A stretch of 64,000 nt of DNA from an uncultured virus (IMG/VR IMGVR_UViG_3300034120_003123) (lineage: Duplodnaviria; Heunggongvirae; Uroviricota; Caudoviricetes), in the IMG/VR virus record IMGVR_UViG_3300034120_003123, one strand, 5' to 3'. Position 1 is the stretch's first letter, and each line of letters opens with the position of its first letter. This document shows, piece by piece, positions 1 to 8,600 of this stretch. Under the pieces are notes generated by a model. It had not been told where the DNA came from. It made no database searches and worked only from the letters and a program-made list of their open reading frames with translations. The position numbers and the translations under genes were made by a program.

Positions 1-2
1 GA

Positions 3-1013
3 AGAGTTGAATATGCTATTGACGTAATGCAAGAAGGCGGAGACCCAGAAGACGTTCTCCCAGAGTCAATCGACATACAAGAATTTAAAGATTCCATTAA
101 TTCTATAACACTAAAAAGCATAATCTCACAAGCTGTGCTGAAAAAAGACTTTAATAAAATTAAAAGTCTTCTCAACGATTTTGATTCAGTAATGAATACT
201 GTAAGCAAAACAACTAATGAAAATGTAATACAAACATGCGTTGAATTTATGAACGAAGAACAGTTAGCTTCTTCTTTTATTCAATATGAAAATATAAGAA
301 TTTGGGCAGAAAAAAGAATTGAAGAGCTGTATGAAGATAATACATCATTTAAAAATACTGCAAGCCATGCGCACAAAGATCCAAAGCGCCCGGATGAAAT
401 TCAAAAGAAAATCATATCTTGCATGGCTAACATCACTGCAATAAACAACAATAAAGCTGCATCGAATTGGGCAGAAAGTATTATAAAAGTATGCGTGCCT
501 GGATATAAAATCATTTCCAATAAAGAAATGACAAGCAAAGAATTCCAGTATCAGTGTGCAAAAAGGTATGAGCATATCAATTATAGGGTTGACGAGTGGA
601 TGAATAAACATCCAAATGTCAGGACGGTTTCCAGATGGTCTGATTGGGGCAATATATCTTTTGATAAATCTTATGAGCCAATAGAGATAGATGAAGCAAA
701 AGATATGCTTATTGTTCTGGAATCTAGTCTTAAAAATAAAAGAATTAGAAATTCTATTGAAAAAGATCCATCCATGATCAATGTGGCTGAAAAAGCAGCA
801 CAAATGATTAGTTATCATTTGCACACATCAGCAAATATGTCAAAAGACTCTATGTTTGAATTAGGATGGTCTAGAATCGCTGGAGAGGAATTGGTTACGG
901 GAGAATTTCAAAACATATACAAGTATCTGATACTTCCTGATGTTGAAAAGTACGGGTATGCTCATAATATCAAGTTGAATGAAAGAGCTCAAGTTTATTC
1001 TTTCATTAAATAA
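3..1013 (+). CDS. Partial CDS, open at the window edge; probable C-terminal part of a MoxR-like AAA ATPase
   Basis: Frame is open from position 3 (RVEYAIDVMQ...). It lies 2 nt upstream of a DUF2201/VWA gene, the usual partner of such ATPases. Walker motifs are not in the window. Confidence 0.45.
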   Translation, partial: RVEYAIDVMQEGGDPEDVLPESIDIQEFKDSINSITLKSIISQAVLKKDFNKIKSLLNDFDSVMNTVSKTTNENVIQTCVEFMNEEQLASSFIQYENIRIWAEKRIEELYEDNTSFKNTASHAHKDPKRPDEIQKKIISCMANITAINNNKAASNWAESIIKVCVPGYKIISNKEMTSKEFQYQCAKRYEHINYRVDEWMNKHPNVRTVSRWSDWGNISFDKSYEPIEIDEAKDMLIVLESSLKNKRIRNSIEKDPSMINVAEKAAQMISYHLHTSANMSKDSMFELGWSRIAGEELVTGEFQNIYKYLILPDVEKYGYAHNIKLNERAQVYSFIK

Positions 1014-1015
1014 TC

Positions 1016-2233
1016 ATGATGCAAAACAATTTTGAAAAAACAGAAATATGCAATGTTTTAGCAAAGAAGAGCAAGATTTTGAGCAATCTTGTAATGTGTT
1101 TTGATTTCTTAGAAAATAATGACATACCTACTGCTTGTGTAAATTTCAGCACCAGGTCTAGGGCTCCACTTCATATAGCTTACAATCCATATTTTTGGGA
1201 ACCATTATCTATTTATGAAAAAGCTGCAATAGTATCTCATGAACTTCTTCATATCATATTAAATCATGGAAAAAGATTTTCAAGCAAACCTCAAGTCGTT
1301 AAAATTGAAAATGTATGCATGGATATATGCGTAAACGAGATACTTAAGAATGAATTTGATTTTCATCCTTCCAATTGCCCAGTTTTACAAAACGCTGTTT
1401 ATTTGGAAAAAATTGACGCTTCTCTGCAAAGCGGAAGATGTTTTGAATATTATTACAAAAATATTATAAATTCCAATATAGATATTAACAAATTTGCTAA
1501 TGGAATAGACCACGAATGGTTAGAAAAAATTAGTAATTTAGGGGATGAACAACTAAAAAAAATTACTGATTGGCTGAAAAAGAACGGAGTAGATCTAAAA
1601 GATCTGCAAAAACTAATAAAAAAAATTAAACAAAAATATTCAATTCCAGGGACAGAACCTGGAAACATAGAAAAAGCATTAAACTTTAACGAAGAAGAAG
1701 ATCTAAAAAACACAAATTGGCAAAATGTTTTAAATAAAATAGTAAAAAGATTTGAAAACCAAAACTCTCAGGTTGAAAGCTGGTTTGAGCAACCTAGAAG
1801 AAGAGACTGGCAATCAGACTATGCACTTCCAAATAATGAATCGCTGTGTGATACAATAGCTAAAAGAAACATTCATATTTTTATGGATACAAGCGGCTCA
1901 TGTTTAAACTGGAGCTCAGCTTTTATGTCTTCCGCAATGGCTTTTCCAAAAGATAAATTTAACGTATTTTTATATAACTTTGACGTAAAAGTTTATGAAA
2001 TAAACAAAAAAAGTAAAACTTTATTAGGATATGGCGGAACTTCATTTAGATGTATTAGCGATTATGTAAATAATAAAATTAAAAAATATGACGCAATTAT
2101 AGTTTTAACTGATGGATACGGAGATTATGCAGAATATAAAAAACCCAGACTTTGGCACTGGGTTCTTATAGAAGACTACAAAATATGCATACCGAACGAA
2201 AGTAAGATATATAATCTAAGCGATTTAAAATAA
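1016..2233 (+). CDS. DUF2201-type putative metallopeptidase with C-terminal VWA-like domain
   Basis: PTACV and YNPYF motifs, HExxH (HELLH), NVCMDICVN; C-terminal MIDAS DTSGS, GGTSF and VLTDG. Confidence 0.85.
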   Translation: MMQNNFEKTEICNVLAKKSKILSNLVMCFDFLENNDIPTACVNFSTRSRAPLHIAYNPYFWEPLSIYEKAAIVSHELLHIILNHGKRFSSKPQVVKIENVCMDICVNEILKNEFDFHPSNCPVLQNAVYLEKIDASLQSGRCFEYYYKNIINSNIDINKFANGIDHEWLEKISNLGDEQLKKITDWLKKNGVDLKDLQKLIKKIKQKYSIPGTEPGNIEKALNFNEEEDLKNTNWQNVLNKIVKRFENQNSQVESWFEQPRRRDWQSDYALPNNESLCDTIAKRNIHIFMDTSGSCLNWSSAFMSSAMAFPKDKFNVFLYNFDVKVYEINKKSKTLLGYGGTSFRCISDYVNNKIKKYDAIIVLTDGYGDYAEYKKPRLWHWVLIEDYKICIPNESKIYNLSDLK

Positions 2234-2608
2234 TTATTTTGTATTTTCTGGAAGTTTTTTAACGCCTTCTTTTTCAAGCGCATATAAAACTCTTATCTGT
2301 AGCTCTGTGAGCTTCACTTCCATATCTCTTAGCCTGTTTGAAATGTCCATAAGAAGAGTATTTTGCTTCGTACTTAGTGCTTGAAGATCGTCTGTCATTT
2401 TTTTATCATTTTGCTGTAAGCTGCGAATCTCTTCCTCAATATAAGATATTCTTGTATTAACAACTGACTGAGTAGAATACATAGTTGCAAAGAACACGCC
2501 AGCGCCAACTATTACAGTCCAAAATGTTTGACCTATGTTGGAGATAAAATTCAATTTATTCATAGAGTCATTATCTGAATTGATTTCTTTATCTTCTTTT
2601 GGTGGCAT
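2234..2608 (-). CDS. Small membrane-anchored coiled-coil protein (possibly holin/lysis related)
   Basis: One hydrophobic segment FWTVIVGAGVFFATMY followed by a heptad-rich region; AAGGAG Shine-Dalgarno upstream. Confidence 0.5.
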   Translation of the reverse strand: MPPKEDKEINSDNDSMNKLNFISNIGQTFWTVIVGAGVFFATMYSTQSVVNTRISYIEEEIRSLQQNDKKMTDDLQALSTKQNTLLMDISNRLRDMEVKLTELQIRVLYALEKEGVKKLPENTK

Positions 2609-2684
2609 TTATTAAACTCCTTGCAATAAAACATAAACCACAATCATTTATATATTTATGAAAATATTATTCCTTTTTATTTGT

Positions 2685-5600
2685 TTAAATAAATGGGAAC
2701 TTTTCATTACTTGAAGAGCTGCTACTTTCTCCTTCTGAAGTGGAAGAAGAACTACCTCCTGTGCCTGGCCCTCCGGCCTCAATTACGCCACACACAAGAG
2801 TTGGGCCAGGGCCATCACAATCCCAGCACGTCCAGCGTCTGCGAAAATCTAAGCACAATGTAGGGTCTGAATCGGACCACCTTACACAATACTCGAAAAC
2901 ATCGCAGCATTGACCTCCGGTAAAACTACTAGGAGCAAGTTCAGAGACAGTCGCCCAGCCATTATCAATCATTTCTCTGTAAGAGAATATTGCAGGGATG
3001 TTAACAAAAACAGTATTGCCTACAGAGGTTTGATCCTCTATAATAGCATCAGCGATTGTTTGACGCTGACTGACTAATTCTTCATCAAATTCACTTACAG
3101 CCGCTGGAATCATTACACAGAAAGTAAAGTTTTCCTCATCAAAGCCAAGGCTAAGACATACTGCCGTAATTTGGTCTTTTATGTCCTGAATATCCTCTAA
3201 AAGAGTAGATTCAGAATTTGAATTTGCCTGTATGAAGAAAACCATTCTACCTGGACTACCAACAGTGACATCTAAAGAGTTGTAAGCAGAAACTGATCTT
3301 TGATTTATTACTTTTAAATATGTTTGAAGCGTAAAAATCACTTCAGCTTTGTTAAAATCTGACCGTATTGATTCAAGAGTTGCTCCTTCATAGGTATGGA
3401 ATGGAGTAATAGCCAATCCTCCTATGCCTTTTCTATGCAAACTGTGCAGTCCTACTGCAAAATCTCCGCTTATTCCTGATCGAGGCCCGTCTCTCATAGA
3501 GCCCAAGAATGAGAATTTAAGACCAGATACGCCATGAACATTGTACGAGTAAAGGAACTCAACTTTGTCTACTACCCATTCTGAGGTAGAAAGTGAATCG
3601 CCAGCAAACGGGGAGCTAACAAATATATTTTCTCCATCGTATGAAGATACAGAAAGAGTGTAAGAACCAGTGAAATTAGCAACTCTAATGACCATGTATT
3701 CCAATACAGAATTATCATCTAGCGGAATACCGATAGAAGGTTCAGTGTTTGCCGCATATATACCAGAAGAATATTCTACATAAAATTCTTCTACTATTTC
3801 TGGCGCAAATCCCCACTCAATTCCCTTTCCATATGGCTTAACAGAATTATGTAACGATTCATATATGCCTTCATCAGGGAAAACAGCACTACCTTTCTGG
3901 AGTATAGCTCCAGTTTCACTAAATCTACGAAAAAATCCTGGCTCCCAGTCATTTGATAAAGTAGTTACATTTTGTGCAATATCGTATGAGTTTGATGTAG
4001 TAGCTGGCATAAATGGAGACCCATAAGATTTTGTTCCAAGAGAATTAAAGCCTCTATTTAATCCAGAAACCCAAAATCTTGAATCTTGACCTATATATAT
4101 AATGTCTACTACATTTCTATCATTCTTAGCATCAGAAATAAATCTTCCAAATTTATTAGATCCATAAATTTTGAGTGGAGGACCGGATGGAATGGATGAA
4201 CTAGATGATGAACTGCTAGAACTAGATGATGAACTGCTAGAACTAGATGATGAACTAGATGATGAACTAGATGATGAACTAGCAGACCAATCGAAATTTG
4301 GACACTTTATGCATCCATAGGTAAGTCCTTGAAAGAGACCCATGTCAGCTCCACTAATGTTTCCATCCCCATCTAAATCGGCTGCAATAGAAACAATGTT
4401 ATTATAATCTACTGGTCCGAACATAATACCCAAGAAAAAGCCAAAATCATTACCATTAATAAATCCGTCGTTGTTTAAATCTGGACATCCTGGATTAGAC
4501 CATATTCTAGTGCATCCTGAAGAAGATGAAGAAGATGCACTTGAAGACGAAGACGAGCTGCTTGAGGACGATGAAGAGCTAGAAGATGTAACATTACAAT
4601 TGAGAATATCACATCCTAAATCTACCCACCAATTTGTTATACTATCTGGGTCTAAATCCGAGCTACATACTCCAAATACTACTAATCTTAGTTTTTTGTA
4701 CATAGGATCTACCGGATCAAATGCAACAGAAAATTGTCTTACTCTTATCGTTGTGATAACAGAAGAAGTAGCCCCAGTAGCAACACATCCACTATCAAAC
4801 AATATTGACCTACTAGGTAGAGTAAATTGGCTGCCTTCGTATGCAAAGATGGGATGATCTGGATGAGAAAAACCAGATAATTGACCATTTTCATAGAGAA
4901 GTCTTCTTCCATAATGCTCATAGTCTAAATCACCATTCTTAAGGACAGCATCTGTAGACAATTCGTCATCTCTTGTGGCTACTATCATTATCCTATCAGC
5001 AGCTTCTGAACCTGTCACATATTCAATACAAATATCTATATATTCACCGCTGGAATCTGATTGGATATCAAATCCATTTAAATCTATAATGCTAGAATAT
5101 GCCTGAGTCCCAGTTGTATTTAACCATTGTCCAAATGACTGAACGCATGAGAAGCTAGAACTGCTTGAACTACTGCTTGAACTACTGCTACCGTTCCAAT
5201 TAGGACATTCGACGCACGAACCCCAATATGATTGAAGAATACCAAGATCCAATCCGTCAACAACGCCATCTCCATTTAAGTCAGCAATCGGGTTATAATC
5301 TGCAGAAGCACTGAAATATACTGCAAGGTCTGAACCACCAACAAACCCGTCACCATCCATGTCCGGGCAGCCAGGACCAGTCCAAACAACACACCCAGAA
5401 CTTGAACTACTGCTGCTAGAACTAGATGATGAACTAGATGATGAACTTACAACACATGTAGGACTACGTATGCCAATTATAGCACCAGATAAACTACCTC
5501 CACCTGATTCCTCATTAAAAGATCCCCAATTAAAATTATCTGTTTTATACTTGCCTCCAGGAATTTGACCATTTGTCCAAATTAACTTTGGCAAAAATGA

Positions 5601-8600
5601 GCTTGTAACCATACGCACTCCGCCAATAGCTAAAAGATAAGATCCCTGATTAAGAGTTGTAGATACGCTGGGGTCAAAATTCATATCAATTTGAAAATTC
5701 TTTGATGGATTCGGAGTAGTAAAAGTACTGCCCTGATCATTCAGTATTAGAGAACTTGAAATCTTCAAATATCCAGTGGCGCTTGAATATATTTCCCAAG
5801 TACCTGTTGATTGCTGCAATTTGAATATGTTAATTCTGATAGAAGCTATGTTGCTGCTTAATTGATTTCCATCTGATCCGCCAGTACTCTCGTTGAAATA
5901 TTCACTTCCGCCCCACATTCTAAACTTATATACTCTCCATTCGCAATTAACAGGAACTTGGAATTGTTGAGCAAATAATGTGCCATCGTTACCGTTACTT
6001 AAAAGATGAGCGGTATACTCGCCTTGAACTATCATGCTTCCACTGCCATTGTCTACAGCTTTCATAGGCGGATTTATCCAAAGCACTACCTCATCTCCAG
6101 TAATTTGAGAACTACTGCTAGAAGATGAAGAAATAACTGAAGATGAAGAGCTGCCTGCGCCGCACAGCAAAGAAGCGTTAAAGCACTCATTTGCTGGGCT
6201 CCCCACAAAAGTAAGATCTTGAGTGGCCATGTTAGCACATTTTCTACAAGCATCATTGCAGTCTCTAGCAACTATAGTTCTTTCTATAAGTACTACATTA
6301 TCTGAAGAATCTTTACAATCTGCGTCTCCTCTTGCGCATTGACCATCCGAACAACAAGATGTAGGATTTGCACATAGAGCAATTGGATTGCCTAATTGCC
6401 ATGAACTTACAAACTTAACAGTGTTACAATTTCCACTTGAGCACCTGCATGCAAATTGACATACGAATGGATTATCTGCAACAACCACTTCATTCCCATC
6501 TAGGGGGCTGCCAGTAGTAGGATTGTTGGTTCCAAGTCCATCTGAAATTAACCCAATATTTGTAGAGCCATTCTCTATAGTAGAAGTTGCTGGATTTATT
6601 AAATCCTTATAAAGGCTAGTATTTATGCTAACACCTATTTCGCCAAATCCTATCGTGTTAGTATAGTTATTAGATGAACCCGTATGAACTAGCATGCCTC
6701 CTGCGAATATGCAATGGAATGGCTCAGTTGTAATATTAATTGTAATTGATTTTTTGTTTATTACACTTGGATGTGACATCGGTGTCATTTCCAAATCTAT
6801 GTTGTACCCATATACATTATCTTGCATGTATACTGCACTTCTAAACTTTAAAACTCCATCAACATCCATGATCAACACTGGGTGCTCAAAAGTAAGTTTC
6901 AAATAATCTGAAAACTTGTATATAGAAGATTCAGAACCAATCCTAATCTTTTTAACTCTTGTTTCTGCAAATTTTATATATTGAGAATCACTTAATGTCC
7001 ATCCGCTATTTATTTGCTCAAGAGTTGGATTTCTCTCTATACCAAATTCGTTAAAGTAAGCTGATAAGAGTATGTCTCCTTCTTTAATGTCTTCTATCCT
7101 TTTTTCACTACCATCTGCCATCTTAATCATGGTCCCCAATCCAAAGCATGTTGAAGTGCAGCAATTTGGACTTGGATCACATATCGGGCATGAGCAATCT
7201 ACGGGATAATCAGGGAAAAAATCTTGGAATCTTTGTGAAAAATCCCAGTAAAATATAGAAGGCAAATCTGCGTCTCTTGTAAATTCTGCTCTCCAATAAA
7301 ATTTACAAGAACCGCCGTCAACGCTACATATCACAAGTTGAGCTTGACCACTTGTAATAAGCCACTGCCAAAAATCCACCCAAGAAATGCAATCAATATC
7401 CCATATGCTAATTTCTATGTCACATTCTATAGAAAATTGATTTTCTTGCGGGCAATCACAGCATGTAGCACAAGTTTTGAACCATTTTATTTTTAGTACT
7501 GCATCAGATGGGAATCCAACCTTGCTACAATTGACTATTCCATTAGCCCAATCTTCTCTATCTAATATTATAGAGGGGATGTTATCGCAATCTGGACATG
7601 CACTACTTGAGCTAGAACTAGATGATGAACTAGATGATGAACTAGATGATGAACTAGATGATGAACTAGATGATGAACTAGATGATGAACTAGATGATGA
7701 ACTGCTTGAAGAAGATGTCAAACAAACACATGGATCATTATTGTCACTTGAAGAACTTGAAGAACTTGAAGAAGAATTTCCATCTACACCTACACACACT
7801 AAATCATTAGGAGCCCAAGCAGCCCCGTGAGCAACTCCTATATTTTGAACATTCAATCCAGTATCAATCCAACTATAAGTATTTGGGTCAATTTTAATAA
7901 TTTTATTATTAGATTCACCAACAATTACATATAAAAATCCGTCTTTTGCATTTGTAATTGCCCAAACTTTATTTCCGTATGTAAATTCATCAGAAGTAGT
8001 AATTAACTCACCAATGCATTCTTGGTCAGCTGAATCATATCTTGAAATATAAATTTGATCATTTACCTCTCCAGAGCCTATAATAAAAAAGTAATTTTCT
8101 AAAAGATCATTTGTCCATACGGCAGCATCACCACTGCAGCCAATTCCAAAATCGTCACAGGCTACAGAAGCAACTGCAGTCTGAGTGTCAATTGTAAATA
8201 ATGGAAATTTCTCTAAGGCCTGAGGGCCTGGCGGGAAATATCCATCGGCGGCAAAACCGTACAAAACATTGTCTTTACTAAAAGATAAACCAGATAATAT
8301 TGGTGCGTATTGCGGAGTGGAGAATGTTATATTGCCTACTATTGTAGCAATACCCGTATTAGGATCAACGCGATACAGCCTGTCGCTGTCGTTGATGTAA
8401 ATTTCTCCTGTGTCGTTTACCGCTATATCCATAGGTATACTACCAGAGTAGCTTCCACCTACATCTATTTGAGATAAAATATTACCAGTTTTTACATCTA
8501 TCTTTACAAGCTTTACGGGCTGTCCACTCGCTGTAGGCTCACATATTAACCATACTGGTATGACAGAACAATCTTCTGCTGTTAGCCTAAAAGCGTTATC

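Noticed and set aside
2609..2684. AT-rich intergenic gap as promoter or replication origin
   Set aside because: Only the Shine-Dalgarno for the 124-aa gene is clear; no convincing promoter, iterons or DnaA boxes
6681..7148. Canonical mobile intein with homing endonuclease
   Set aside because: Only 156 aa, no LAGLIDADG motifs, no terminal Asn, and the host protein is not a conserved enzyme
7615..7698. Tandem repeats as a possible CRISPR array (also 25231-25290)
   Set aside because: Units are 12-15 bp, head-to-tail with no unique spacers, and in frame within CDSs
7477..7830. Plus-strand ORFs with ELDDELDD repeats (also 4471-4857 and 5359-5568)
   Set aside because: Antisense shadows of the poly-Ser codons in the 2671-aa gene; no independent evidence of expression
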